64,000 nt of DNA from Octopus sinensis (GCF_006345805.1 NC_043004.1:96534001-96598000), one strand, 5' to 3'. Shown: positions 26,925-40,688, counted from the stretch's first letter. The notes: a model not told the origin generated them from the letters alone. Translations and numbers: made by a program.

Positions 26925-27238
26925 TGCCTTGTTAGAACACTGAATACTGCATTATTACCTCGAGAGAACCTCATATAGGTGCTTGGAGCATAAAAGCACA
27001 AACATAGATGTAGCAAACGAGAATCATCTGCCATTGGCGAAGGAACCCCCACGTCACGTGATTTCATTGAAATGGAAATCCTCTGGATGGTGTGGTGGTA
27101 GGGCACCCGGTTACTGCATGCCAGTCAAATCTTGCTGCTTCGGCGCCCATGGCAAATGATTCTCGTCTGTTACAGTCAATGTGTATGCTTTTATGTGCCA
27201 GGTTCGATTCCTATCAGTTTATCGACGGTTACAAGGCA
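26925..27238. repeat. Imperfect fold-back element (old MITE?)
   Basis: Arms 26989-27039 and 27144-27195 are reverse-complementary; outer TGCCTTGT/ACAAGGCA; no TSD found. Confidence 0.65.
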
Positions 27239-27272
27239 AAATTTTTTATCGAAATTGTCCATTTAAAATGCC

Positions 27273-27505
27273 TATTTCTTTACTACCCACAAGGGGCTAA
27301 ACACAGAGGGGACAAACAAGGACAGACAAACGGATTAAGTCGATTATATCGACCCCAGTGCGTAACTGGTACTTAATTTATCGACCACGAAAGGATGAGA
27401 GGCAAAGTCGACCTCGGCGGAATTTGAACTCAGAACGTAACAACAGACGAAATACGGCTACGCATTTCGCCCGGCGTGCAAACGTTTCTGCCAGCTCACC
27501 GCCTT
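27273..27505 (-). mobile_element. SINE family B, full length
   Basis: 17-bp TSD TGTCCATTTAAAATGCC at 27256-27272 and 27506-27522. Confidence 0.93.
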
Positions 27506-28007
27506 TGTCCATTTAAAATGCCACCTTTAACTTTTTCACAGACAAATTATTTCCCAGAGGGCATTTTGAATCGGATTTTTTTTTTTTACGTTTTTACTTA
27601 AAATGAAAAAGCCTTTTATTTCATATTGTAGTAAATATTTTCAATCTAACAATCTTTGATCTTCTTACAAATACATGTTACACAATAGCAACGTATTCAG
27701 GAAATCACGAAAAATCTTGTTTTATCTGTAAACACATTAATTTAAGGATTGCAATAATAAAAAAAAAGTGGGGAGTGAAAGATACGAAGGAGGTTCAACG
27801 CATTCTATTCGCAAGAAAGGGGCGTCATTTATAAGGAAATTTTAGAAAGATGGAATTAACTCATAGAGGAACATTACAGATCGGTCACATATATCGTAAT
27901 TCTTTGCGAACGTCCCCTCGTTACTCCCTCGTTTCGTTGCATTGTCTTGTTGGGTAATTCTTCTCAGTAGCAATATTACGTATAGAGAATGTGCAGGTGG
28001 TAACCGA

Positions 28008-28410
28008 GGCGTAGGAGTGGCTGTGTGGTAAGAAACTTGCTTACCAACCACATGGTTCCGGGTTCAGTCCCACTGCGTGGCACCTTCGGCAAGTGTCTTC
28101 TATTGCCACGGGCCGACCAAAGCCTTGTGAGTGGATTGGGTAGACGGAAACTGAAAGAAGCCTGTCGTATATATGTATATATGTATGTATGTGTTTATGT
28201 GTTTGTGTGTCTGCGTTTGTCCCGCCAACATCGCTTGATAACCGATGCTTGTGTGTTTACGTCACCGTAACTTAGTGGTTCGGCAAAATAGACTGATAAA
28301 ATAAGTACTAGGCTTACAAAGAATGAGTACTGGGGTCGATTTGCTCGACTAAAGGCGGTGATCCAGCATGGCCACAGTCAAATGGCTGAAACAAGTGAAA
28401 GAGTAAAGAG
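28008..28410 (+). mobile_element. SINE family A, full length
   Basis: Matches 7699-8118. Confidence 0.92.
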
Positions 28411-28771
28411 TGGATGATTAGATGTCCACAGTGTTCCAGCTTTTGGATGTGGAACAAAATAGTTGGTATTACCTGATAGTTTGTCTTATCAGCTGTAATC
28501 TATATTGCAGAAAAGTTAAGAGGTTTCTTCGATCAGATGTTGTACCGTCGTTGTAATTATCTTTGCCCTCCTTGTCGTCATTATTAATTGTAAGAGATAT
28601 TTTGTGAAATATATATTAATTCCATAGCACAAAGAACATCGGATGAAAAAATATCCTTTTAAAGTAAATGCTTGCCCCTCGTTTACAAGCAAGTAGATAA
28701 TCACTGAAATGCTATCTCAATGTTGTTCATCCAAATTTCCTTGCGATAGCCCACATAACTTGGTAGTTATA

Positions 28772-28822
<51 letters not shown>

Positions 28823-30092
28823 AGAGAAGATATAAGGAGTTCAGGTCAAAGTAACCCAAATTAACAGATATACGTTCTGACTGCTCCAAACATCCTCCTG
28901 AATATAACGAAACATAATGAATCGTAATAAATACCGTTAAAGAAGAGCTTTCTTTCCACTGTCTATCATATATTTCTTCATACATTTCTCCAATGAAGGA
29001 ATACCCGGTTTATAGAAGCTTCAATCGATACGATGATCGAACAAGCGAGATATCCCACCAATAACTGTCAGAGAATATCTCTGCTATCTTTACCAGATTG
29101 GATTAAATTAATTTAAATGCCATAGCCCTGCCATGGCTAATTGTTTGCCTTCCTCATTACTTTAACCGATATATATCATATATTATTGTTAGAGGAATAA
29201 TAATGATAATGAAACACACTTTCCATGTGACGAGTGGTATGTGCTTGTCGTTACAAGTACTGTGACATCGAGAAGTCGGCGGTAATTGGTCATAGTCGTG
29301 TCTTACTTGTCTAACTTAACTGCTATACTGGAGTGGTCGTTATAACATTCCGACATTGGATTACAAAAGTGGCGAAGAGGAATTAACAAACTCATGAGGA
29401 TTAAACAAACTCACAAAGATTTACGAAACTCATTAAAGTTTTTACAAAAGCGTAAAATTATGGAAGATTTGTTGGCTGATTTTGCTCGAGTTGCAAAAAC
29501 AGCAACAACAACAACTGTAGGAACAACAACCGCTGCAGAAATAGTAGGAACAACTACAAGAACAACAACAGCAGTAGCAGTTGCAGAAACATCAGCAACA
29601 ACCACTGCCGCTGCATGAAAAACAACTATTACGTACTCCCGAAAAAACCTTCTGACATAAACTTTAGAAATACCTTATAGATATTGTGTAAAATTTTTAG
29701 CGAGAAAAACTCGTTGTTCAATACACGCTGGAAATGAGCAACGGGTAGGACTACACCAGATTTGCTGGTAGAGTTAACAGAGAGGGTGAAAAGTTCAAAA
29801 TGGAAGAGTTAACGCCAGAGATGTTCAAGTGTCTGATATTTACTCAGGGACTAACTGCAGAAAAAGACGCAGAAGAACAAGAATTCTCGCTAAGCTGGAA
29901 CAAAACCAAACTGTAATCATACAAGTGTCAGAAGATTGTGAAAAAATAGTAAATTTAAGACGACACAGAGAAAATTGAACATAAAAATGTATCCCAAGTG
30001 AAACATGTGCGTAACTGGTAGAATAGAAATCTTGTATGTACTAAAATACAGTGCAAACAGGACAAAAATCAGAAAACAAATCTGTTTTGCAT

Positions 30093-30415
30093 GTTAAGTT
30101 AAGTTAATTTTTTGGCTCAGAAAGCAAAAAGCAAGGCCATGTAGGGGGACATGGAGTTATGTACAGGGTGGTGTTCATACAAAGAGTTCAGGCCATTTCT
30201 GGTCAAGGGAGACTTTGAACCGAGCGGTCGTCGGCATCTTCACTATCTCGTCCGGCAGCTTATTCCACAGATCCGCAACCCGGACGGAGAAAGCTCCTCT
30301 CCTTCGATTGATATGAAATCGTCGCAGATAGAGCTTACCGGAGTGACCCCGCAGCCGACGTTCTGGAGCAGGAGTGAAGAACAGCTCTTTCGAGGGAGGT
30401 CTACACCTGAGTAAA
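30093..30415 (-). mobile_element. CR1/L2-type LINE 3' fragment nested in Gypsy gag
   Basis: Minus frame LRGHSGKLYLRRFHINRRRGAFSVRVADLWNKLPDEIVKMPTTARFKVSLD*, followed by a (TTAAC)n tail; interrupts the first zinc knuckle after ICFAC. Confidence 0.85.
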
Positions 30416-31843
30416 ACCTGACCATTTAAGAAAGTGGAATGTTTCTGTTGTGGAATGCTTGGACACATAAAACCGTACTGTAAAACCAAGATGACAAAAC
30501 GTTGGAACGAAAAAAAAAGAATAAACAAGATGTCATCGAAAGAAAATTGTAATGCGACAAAGAGGAAATTTGTAAATGTGAAAATTGAAAATATAAAAGT
30601 AAAAATGCAGTTAGATACTGGAAGTGATATTACCATTGTGAATGAAGAAACTTGGAAGTTTATAGGTAAGCCAAAATTAAATAAATCTACAAAAGTAGCA
30701 CACGGTGTTTTGGGTAAAAGATTGTATTTTGTAGGTGAATTTGTGTGCAATTTGACATTTCGTGACCAAATGAAAACGTCAAAAGCATACGTGTTAAAAA
30801 ATTCAGTAAATTTATTCGGTAGTGAGTGGATGGAACTATTCAAATTGTGGAATACGTTCAGAAGTGTTTTGTGTGGGAATATAGCTGGTTCAGTCGAAGG
30901 ATTGAATGCGGCTGAGGGATTTAAACGAAAAATAAAACATTTCTTTCCAGATGTTTTCTGCACAAATATGAGGGTGGGAGAAAAAAGGTTTTAACCCATG
31001 CATCACGATCGTTATTACCAGCTGAAAGGAACTACAAGCAAATAGGAAAAGAAGTATTAGCAATCATATTTGGTGTAAAAGAATTCCATAAATTTATTGA
31101 TGGAAGAAGTTTCTGTTTACAAACAGATCATCGCCCACTACTGTCAATATACGGTTCTGAAAAAGGAATACCAACACACACAGCTAATAGACTACAGCGA
31201 TGGGGCACTACATTATTGAATTATGATTACAAAAGGGAATATTTACCGCCAAAAAAACTAGAGCATGCGGACCGTTTGTCCAGACTGATACCGAAATACT
31301 GCGAGCCATTCGAAGATACGGTAATCGCAACATTAAGATCAAAAGGAGAAATAAAAATGGAATGTGGAATGTGGTACGCGAATTATCGGTAACCCTAGAA
31401 AGCATAAAACTAAAAGCGGAAAAAAACAAATTCATAACTGAAATGAAAAGAATATTGTGGACGGGAAAAGCAAATAAGAACAGGATTGGTGCGAAACGAA
31501 ACTAAGACGTGAACCTGTACTCAAACTGTGATGGCGTACTGATGTATGCACAGAGAGTAGTAAAACCTGAAACACTGACAAAAAAAAAATGCTAAAGGAA
31601 TTCCATGTTGGACATCCTGGTAATTCGAGGATGAAAGCGTTAAAGCGTAGCTACGTGTACTGGCCAAACTTGGATAGAGAAATTGAAAGTTTAGTAAAAG
31701 TTTGTAGAGGATGTGGTGTAGTAGCAAAATTGCTCACGATAAAAAAATCAGCCTTGGTTGAGACTACACATCGATTTCGCTGGTCTCTTAAACAGTTCAT
31801 ACTACTTAGTGGTAAGTAGATAGTTTCTCTAAATGGCCAGAAA

Positions 31844-32238
31844 TCTTTATATATAAAAGTCAAGTTGTGTGTCTGTCTCCTACGATTTAGATTCCTAACT
31901 ACTCCCACATTTTGCGGTCCAGTGTAACCAAAAGCGGGTATCTTATAGTCGTGATTCATATCGAGCCCTTCTGGGTATTAGCGCGCGTCTACGATGAGTC
32001 TACGATTTTAAAAGAATTTTACCATAATTTTTCCGTATTTTTAATGCATTTTCGCTCGGTTTATATAAGGCAAGTAACTTTCTAAAAATGTATTATTAAA
32101 TCTCAGAACGTAAAAAGCTACAGTAACACCCCCTTTGTGGTTAGCCATATTGAGATGGCTATTATACTTTACATCTCTAAAAATGCTTATATAGTTATTT
32201 CCCTTACAAACCCGAGCAACGCCGGGTGATACTGCTAG
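31844..32238 (+). mobile_element. Non-autonomous Helitron, copy 2, inside Gypsy integrase
   Basis: A|TC start, CCCGAGCAACGCCGGG hairpin, CTAG|T end; splits the codon after KWPE with no TSD. Confidence 0.92.
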
Positions 32239-33315
32239 TTTGTGTATAAAGACAATCACCTCAAATATGACAAACTTTCTACATGAGCGTTTTGCGAGAT
32301 TTGGTGTCCAAGACACAATAGTGTCTGCTAATGGAAAGCAATTTGTGTCTTTTGAGTTAAAATTTTTTTTTTAAACGTTCGTTGTAGAACATGTAACTAC
32401 TGCACCATACAAACCCAGATCTAACGGACAAACAGAACGCGTTGTCGATATGATCAAGAGAGCCCTAAGAAAGTCGAATAAGGAAGTCAAGGAGGAGGTA
32501 GCTGTACAACAATTCTTAAGGGTATACGTGTGACACCACATCCCAAAATACCAGCAGGCATGTCGCTAGCGGAGATAATGTTTGCGTTTGCGAAGAAAAA
32601 ATAATCATTCTCCGACAAATTACTACCTGGTAAGAAAGAAAATTTGCAATGGATAATACAGCAAGATATTCCAAAATTGCCGAAAATCTATTTGTTAGGG
32701 AATATAAGAACGAAACACAAAGTTGGGAAGATGACGTAATTAACAAAAGCATAGGAAAAATGTTATACTTGCTAAAAGGAAGAAAATGAGTATACAAGAG
32801 ACACATGAATCAACTAAAAAAAAAAGATTCGTTGAGAACAAACCAAAAGGAATGGAAGAACCAGTGGAATGGTTATATGATACTTTTCAAGCACCAATGC
32901 CACTACAAATAATTGCACCCAGACGCATAAGCGAAGGATAAAGAAAATGTATGGAGTTCCTGGAAGTAGATGCCAAACGAAAAAATATGATAAAAAAGAA
33001 AAAAAGTAAAGAAGGGAGACGGGGCAATGTAAAAATAATTGCTAATAAAAAGAAATAAAATTACATTCTTTAAGAAAAATACTTAAATGGGGAGATGTTC
33101 GGGGAATAATGATAATAATGGAACTCCCCGCCCACGTGACGAGTGGTACATGCTAGTCATTACAAATTCTGAGACGTCGAGAAGTCGGCGGTAGTCGGTC
33201 ATAGGTAGTTGTGCCTTACTTGATTAATTAACTGCACTACTTTACTGTTATAACAGTCTGATGTTGGATTACAATAATTATACACACACACCACACACAC
33301 ATTCTGTAAATATAT

Positions 33316-33522
33316 ATTTCTTTACTACTCAAAAGGGGCTAAACACAGAGGGGACAAACAAGGACAGACAAACGGATTAAGTCGATTATATCGACTCTAG
33401 TGCGTAACTGGTACTTAATTTATCGACCTCGAAAGGATGAAAGGCAAAGTCGACCTCGACGGAATTTGAACTCAGAACGCATTTCGCCCGTCGTGCTAAC
33501 GTTTCTGCCAGCTCGCCGCCTT
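33316..33522 (-). mobile_element. SINE family B with a small internal deletion
   Basis: TSD ACATTCTGTAAATATA on both sides (about 33299 and 33523). Confidence 0.9.
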
Positions 33523-35069
33523 ACATTCTGTAAATATATTTAGGAGAATATATCGTTTTCCAGTCCGATCAGTATCCCTTACAGTGATTGTATCAGCCAG
33601 ATAGGTCTACTCATAGGGTGTTGTGATTTTTATGAATGTATTGCAACCGAACAGATTAGACGTTGGCAGGCTGATCTACACATAACTGCTGGAATAAGCA
33701 TTGACAGTAATGCAGTATATTATCTGATTCAGCTTTCTTCTGCAGCTGTATGAAAGAGCCACCACTTGTTGGTGTCACAAATTCTTCTGCAGCTGGGATT
33801 TTACTACTGGTGCCAACTGCTAATGTATATTGCTATTTCTAGCGTCAGATGTCCACAGTTGCACATAGAAGAAGACGATGAAATCTACTGGCATTTTTGG
33901 CAACACGCTTTTATTCTTTTCGTTCTCAAGCAAGACAAATACTATTGTTACTACGAGCGACAAGTGTTGAGAGAGTTTAAATGTTATTGTTCTTGGTGCA
34001 ATTGTCATGGTATTCAAAAACTTACTGCTAGTCGTTGTATTTCTGTAGATTCTTTTTATTTCATTGTGTTGATATCAGCTTGATTCAGCCACTGCAACTG
34101 ATTGTTTACCGTCCATCCCCCGTGTTGCCTCATGCTTCTCTGCTGTATTCCAAAGCCCTCTAGCTGGTGGTCGCTCATGTGTCGATTTATACTGGTTAAT
34201 GGACTCCAGAAGGAGTGCGCCAAAAGTTGCAATTATCACTGGAACCATTTTCACGATCATGTGGGTGACATTCCAGCAAATCATGACATCGGGTGATTGC
34301 TGAATATTTCACTACACTTTGTTACCTAAAAATAAAGAGAAATTGAAGATATGTCCCTTTTCTATTACTTTTGTGATTTAGTATATTGAAAAGGCATCCA
34401 TCTATGCCACCAGGGTAGAACATGGATTTATCTTGGTGCCATTGCTTAAGTGGATTTGCTAAATGTTTGAAGACTTTGAGAAAGTCACTTTGCTTCACCA
34501 AGTGTGTTTCTGGCGTTTTTAAAGAAACATGGTCTGTTATACTTAGCACTGCAAATAACTGCATAAAATCTTCTAAGTTCGAGAACATGAAGGTGGAAAT
34601 TTGTCATATTTGTGGCAGACAATGAATGTAATGTGAATTTTTTAAATATAATTTTGTCTACAATGTTAGCACAATATCTTAGCAAAACTTTCTGTTACAC
34701 GAACAAAATAGTAGAACTTTATGGCTTTTTAAGATTAGCAGTTGTTGCATAACAATATATATTTAAACAGAAAACAATATATTTACCTTAAAAGCAGCAG
34801 TAGTGACTCTTTCATGACTGACGTTTTTTGTAAAATAGCTTAGCCATTTTAAAGATAAATACTATTGCATAATAGAATGAACTGTATTAAATAAACTGAA
34901 ATACATTTACAACAAAAACACCCCTTCTACTGATTGAAGCCTTTAATAAATCTATTATTATTAATATTACTATTCTCTTTCTTATTCAAAACATTACCCA
35001 CTAGGCAAAATAAATTTGACTACAAATAAAACATAAGCCATATGTTTCTTTACCTTGCATGTGTGGCAT

Positions 35070-35470
35070 GCAAGGAGTGGCTGTGTGGTAAGTAGCTTGC
35101 TTACCAGCCACATGGTTCCGGGTTCAGTCCCACTGCGTGGCATCTTGGGCAAGTGTCTTCTCCTATAGCCTCGGGCTGACCAATGCCTTGTGAGTGGATT
35201 TGGTAGACGGAAACTGAAAGAAACCTGTCGTATATATGTATATATATATATATATGTGTGTGTTTGTGTGTCTGTGTTGGTCCCCCTAGCATCGCTTGAC
35301 AACCAATGCTGGTGTGTTTACGTCCCCGTCACCTAGCGGTTCAGCAAAAAAGACCGATAGAATAAGTACTGGGCTTACAAAGAATAAGTCCCGGGGTCGA
35401 TTTGCTCGACTAAAGGTGGTGCTCCAGCATGGCCGCAGTCAAATGACTGAAACAAGTAAATGAGTAAATG
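35070..35470 (+). mobile_element. SINE family A
   Basis: Matches 7699-8118. Confidence 0.9.
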
Positions 35471-38400
35471 AGTGAGTGTGAACTCAATGAGTAAATTGAA
35501 CTAATTAACTTTTTGTTTAATTTCTACTGGCAGCTTATTGGAAGAGTTCTTAAGGCTGTCAAATAGAAAACCATTCAGTGTTTGTTAGGATTCTCTGAGT
35601 TCAAATCCCACCAAGGTCAACTTTTGCTTTTTATTCTATCAGAGGGTCAATAAAAGAGTACCTGTACAGCTCAGTGAAATTGCAACACAAAAAGAATCAC
35701 TGGCCAAATGCATTATCGTGTTTGTCCTATCTCTATGCTTTCTGACTTCAAACCCTACTTTACCTACTTCTGCAGTAGACATAATAAGTTGCCTGGTCCA
35801 GCTACACTACCTAGACCCCAAGTTATAGATAAAAGAAAAATAGGCTATACGATAAAAATATATGACATGACAATTGTCTTGATCTGATCCTGTGATAGAC
35901 AGACAGATGGACAGAAATTATGTCTCTTTTATAATACAGATTACATATCTGAATATAAAAGAAATGTTTGGACTTAAAATATTATCTATTCCAGAGAGTT
36001 CTAGTGAGATGGTGAAAGCATATAATAAAATATAATAAAACTGATGCATGTAAATGTGTGCACACATATATATATATATATATCTCAGATTACTATTTTT
36101 TTGAAAAGCTCATATGGATTGAAACATATGGCCATCTGTAATGAAGCATATTGAATTTAATGTAACATATACTAACATGAACACACGCACATTAATAAAT
36201 GTGGGGGAATATGTGTGTGTATGCACACAAAATTTCCTTTGTTTTTATCTCAACCACAGCAACATAATTTTTTAGTTGTATTTGACATCTCTTTCATGAG
36301 TGATAATCATTTCACCTCTGACCTGCTGAAAGCTAAATTGGGCATTTAACGGGAAGTTTTTCCTGAAAGACTTTCAACTTAACTAAACAATTTCATAAAC
36401 AAACAAATACAAAAACAAAAACAAAAACAAAAAAAACAGTTTACAAACAAATAAAATTATGAGTATAAGGGCAGAAAAAGAACAACAAGAAATTTTAATT
36501 GAATAAATAAATATATCAGATAAAAAGCATGCAATGAATTACAAAGGATGTAATGAATTAGACTGAATAAAATAAAGAAAACAATAAAATGCATGCTTGA
36601 TTTGTTTATTTATTTTATTTTTTGTGTAAATATTTGAAAGACATGTAATTTTGTGTTTTGGTTTGTTATGATGTTGTTTTATCAGCTGATGTTAGGGTGT
36701 AACCATTGTATGGTTGAATGAACTAAGTGAATGTCCTAGTTTAGATTAAACCAGTTTCCTAATGTAACTAATATGATTTTGTGAGGGCAAGAACCGCACA
36801 ACCTTTAATTTCTTCTCCTTGATAAGTAGGAGGCATCGTGTTTATATAAAATTTATTAAAAGTATGATCTAGGATCAAATCTCAGAATAATTCACATTGT
36901 CATATGTTGAACCAGCTAAGAAAATAATTATAATTTCTTATTTTGGGATTGAGAAAATTGATTTGAAATAAATCTGGTTTATTTGGTTGGATCAACCCAT
37001 GATAATTTCAATACTACCAAGAAACACATGTTTTATAAAATTATTTATAAAATTATGCTGTGCCAAAGTAAGAAATGATAATTATTGATATTAGATCATT
37101 TATTTTATCAGTTAATACTGCAATAGGAAAGTGTTGTAATAGCTATAATTGTGTTGAAAGAGGAAAGCCTTCCTAAGCCAACTTCACCTTTTGTCTTTCA
37201 GAGGTCTGCAGAAATAAGCAAAATTAATTTCTGAATTTAATATTGTCTTCTGTGGTTATCCATCACATTCACATGTAACCTGCTCCTACATCTAAGGATG
37301 GCATTACTACTAAGTATAGAAGATTTAGAAACTTCACCACATGCAAAGACATTTATAAATTAGGTATCAATTAATGGCAAACATCACAAAATGTCTTCTG
37401 AACATTTTAAAAGTTGTCAGAATAACTTATTGCTAATTGGAAACCAATAATTTCTTGGTGACGAGCAACCTTTACCTATTACAACAGCTATTGCTGTGGG
37501 GGATCAATGGATTGCATATTAAATATAAAATTGACTTGTAATCGCAATTACAAATCCTAAATGCAATCAATTAAATTGCAAATCTCTTTGTCTCACAAAA
37601 GTTTCCAGTTATACTTTACTTTCCCTGACTGCTAGGTTAGATAGAAGAGAAGACAGTTCAAGGCAAAATAGTAGAGCAAGGGTTAATGAGAGGAAAATAG
37701 CAATGATGATGAGGATAATATTTGTGTTGGGGAGATAAATATTTATATGAAATACATTTTCACTCATAGACTTCTCACACGAATACAGTTCTAAAACTAC
37801 ATGAAGATATTTCAGAGAGATGAGAGAAAAGAAACTAGACTCTTAGAGAAATGTCTCCGTATATGGATCTAGTTAATGTTAATCTGATTGCCCAATACAA
37901 TAATCTGCTAATAAAACATCTAGAATTTTCCAGATACACTTTTTATTTTTTAAGCTGGGTTAGTAATTAGCTGCAGCCATACAAGGTCAACCTGTGGATT
38001 TACCGCTTAGAAATGGCTTTAGTTGATTGAATGGCCTCTAGTACTTACTCTATCAGTGTCAAATTACTGAATAGTTAAAACATTTGTTGATATATACATT
38101 CACATCAAAATACACACAGAGGCACATATATGTACATATTCATAAGCTTATGAAAGCATATTAAAGATAGATACTTAAGCATATATATATATATATATAT
38201 ATTATATATGTAATAATCGTTTCGTTTAACGTCCGCTTTCCATGCTGGCATGGGTTATTCTCAGAGAATGGAGTAAGTGGAGCAAGAGCACACATGAAAA
38301 TGAAGTGTTGCTGAAGAGGTTACAGACATGTGACGAAAGATTTCTGAACAATGGACAGGTGTTAAAATAATAAAATAATGGTAAAAGACGAGTGGAGAAA

Positions 38401-38539
38401 AAAAAAGTACCTGTGTTTATTTGGCAAAAATAAATAAATAAATAAATAGAATGACCTTCCAGAAATGCAACATGTTTCAACAGATGATTTCACATTAGGA
38501 ATCTTGCAAAGCAAATTGATAAATATATGTATATATATA

Positions 38540-38663
<124 letters not shown>

Positions 38664-38673
38664 CGCTTACGTA

Positions 38674-38935
38674 GGCATAGGAGTGGCTGTGTGGTAAGTA
38701 CTTACTTACTTACCAACCACATGGCTCCAGGTTCAGTTCCACTGTGTGGCACCTTTGGCAAGTGTCTTCTATTATAGCCTCAGGCCAACCAAGGACCTAT
38801 GAGTGGATTTGGTAGATGGAAACTGAAAGAAGCCATCATATATATATATGTGAGTTTGTGTGTGTGTATTTCTTTTATTCTTTTACTTGTTTCAGTCATT
38901 TTGACTGTGGCTGTGCTGGAGCACCATCTTTAGTT
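38674..38935. mobile_element. SINE family A head (+) joined to a family A tail end in opposite orientation (-)
   Basis: 38674-38840 is a head on +; 38875-38935 is the reverse complement of the tail end. Confidence 0.75.
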
Positions 38936-38938
38936 GAG

Positions 38939-39045
<107 letters not shown>

Positions 39046-39329
39046 TCCCTTGTTTTGCCAGTCAATACACATTCCATATCTTGATATTTTTGCAGAGACA
39101 AAATTTTAATTTTAAGTTTAAATTCAACATTTTAAAACATTTCTTCCTTTCATTGGTTTATTCATCAATAAAAATATGTCTGAAACAGCTGTAGAGAATC
39201 TCATGCCACTTTCTCTTTATGCAAACACCACAACTGGATTCTTCCCTATGTTGGATCTGAAACTCAAAGTGGATTGTGATTCTGCATCTAGGCATGCATA
39301 TTTTACTTCCATTAAAAAAAATTGTTTTT

Positions 39330-40053
39330 GTTACTTGTTTCAGTCATTTTGACTGTGGCCATGCTGGAGCACTACCTTTAATAGAACAAATCGACCCCAG
39401 GTCTCATTCTTTGTAAGTCGTGTACTTATTCTACCGGTTTTTTTGTTGAACCACTAAATTACGGGTACATAAACACACCAACATCGGTTGTCGAGTGATG
39501 GTGGGGGACAAACACAGACACACAAACATATACATATACAGTGCTGCCCGACTGGCTCCCATGCCAGAAGAATGTAAAAAGCACCATTTAAGTGTGGTCA
39601 TTACCAATGCCGCTTGACTGGCTCCCATACCGGTGGCACGTAAAAATCATCATTCCAGCATAGTTGATACCAGTACCACCTGACTAGCCCTCGTGCCGGT
39701 GACATGTAAAAAGCACCCACTACAATCTCGAAGTGGTTGGTGTTAGGAAGGGCATCCATCTCTAGAAACTTTGCCAGATCAGATTGGAGCCTGGTGCAGC
39801 CTTCTGGCTTGCGAATCCTCAATCAAACAATCCAACCCATGCCAGCATGTAAAGCAGATGTTAAACGACGACGACGATGATGGTATATACATATATATAC
39901 GATAGGCTTCTTTCAGTTTCTGTCTACCAAATCAATTCACAGAGCTTTGGTCAGCTCGAGACTATAGTAGAAGACACTTGACCATGGTGCCACACAGTGG
40001 GACTGAACCCAGAACCATGTGGTTGGGAAGCAAGCTTCTTATCACACAGCCAC
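39330..40053 (-). mobile_element. SINE family A split at its central microsatellite by a family D element (39541-39885, +)
   Basis: Tail at 39330-39540 and head at 39890-40053 flank an element with GTTAGGAAGGGCATCC...CCATGCCAGCATG...(GAT)n tail. Confidence 0.8.
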
Positions 40054-40330
40054 TTATATATATATATAGTTAGTTATAAGAATATGCATATTGATTTGTT
40101 TATGTGCATGTATGTTTAAGTGTTAGGACATGTGCGTATATACATTGATATATGCTTGAATATCTGTATACAATATATACATGGAAATATTAATTTTGAC
40201 CCTGACTAGGTGTCGTTATTATCAAAGTACCTTGAATCAATTGAAACATACAAATAATTCATAATATGTATATTATAATTGTTAATGCTGACACATTTTT
40301 CACTCTTCATTTTTTCTTCATATCTCATCT

Positions 40331-40366
40331 CTTCCTGAAGAAGAGCATAGGCTCAAAACATCAAAG
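40331..40366 (+). ncRNA. Degenerate minimal hammerhead-like motif
   Basis: CTTC-CTGAAGA-A-GAGC-atag-GCTC-AAAAC-ATC-AAAG; canonical CUGANGA core, but CG>CA changes destroy G12 and stem III. Confidence 0.55.
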
Positions 40367-40530
40367 TCTATTCTATTCTTCCTGAGCATTAAACTAATAT
40401 ACCCGCTTGTTGTTCCCTCACCCGTCTTTGTCTCTTGCTTTCTGTACATTTGAACCATACACACGCGCACACACACACACACACACACATGCACGTGCAT
40501 ACACAAACGTTACTTATTAATAATCAGCAG

Positions 40531-40619
40531 AATTTATTGAGTGACTCAAGGACAAAGAATTTTATGTGTGGCACTTATCAAAATGTGAAACTCTTGTCCC
40601 TTGAGTCACTCCGTAATTT
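40531..40619 (+). ncRNA. Pri-miRNA-like hairpin (candidate)
   Basis: GAGTGACTCAAGGACAAAGA (40539-40558) pairs with TCTTGTCCCTTGAGTCACTC (40592-40611); the stem extends inward and outward with G-U pairs on the + strand; loop about 15 nt. Confidence 0.35.
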
Positions 40620-40688
40620 GTGCTAATTATCAATGAAAACAATAAACTTATACTCATGTTTTTATATTTTTGCTTGCATCATCAAACC

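Larger units (their letters stand above)
29460..32900 (+). pseudogene. Gypsy gag-pol remnant
   Basis: CFCCGMLGHIKPYC (about 30440), protease QLDTGSDIT (about 30607), RNase H HASRSLLPAE (30997), integrase HVGHPG...CRGC (31589+), VDSFSKWPE, PRSNGQTER; many stops and frameshifts. Confidence 0.88.
29187..33273 (+). mobile_element. Ty3/Gypsy LTR retrotransposon, decayed and lacking the RT core
   Basis: LTRs TG...CA at 29187-29365 and 33096-33273; PBS-like TGGCGAAGAGG at 29370; polypurine tract before 33096; flanks ATTAT/ATAAT; gag, CCHC knuckle, protease, RNase H and integrase present in Gypsy order. Confidence 0.92.

Noticed and set aside
30175-30963. Longest ORF in the track (262 aa, minus strand)
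   Set aside because: Chimera: antisense of Gypsy gag/protease fused by chance to the real CR1 C-terminus (30175 to about 30415).
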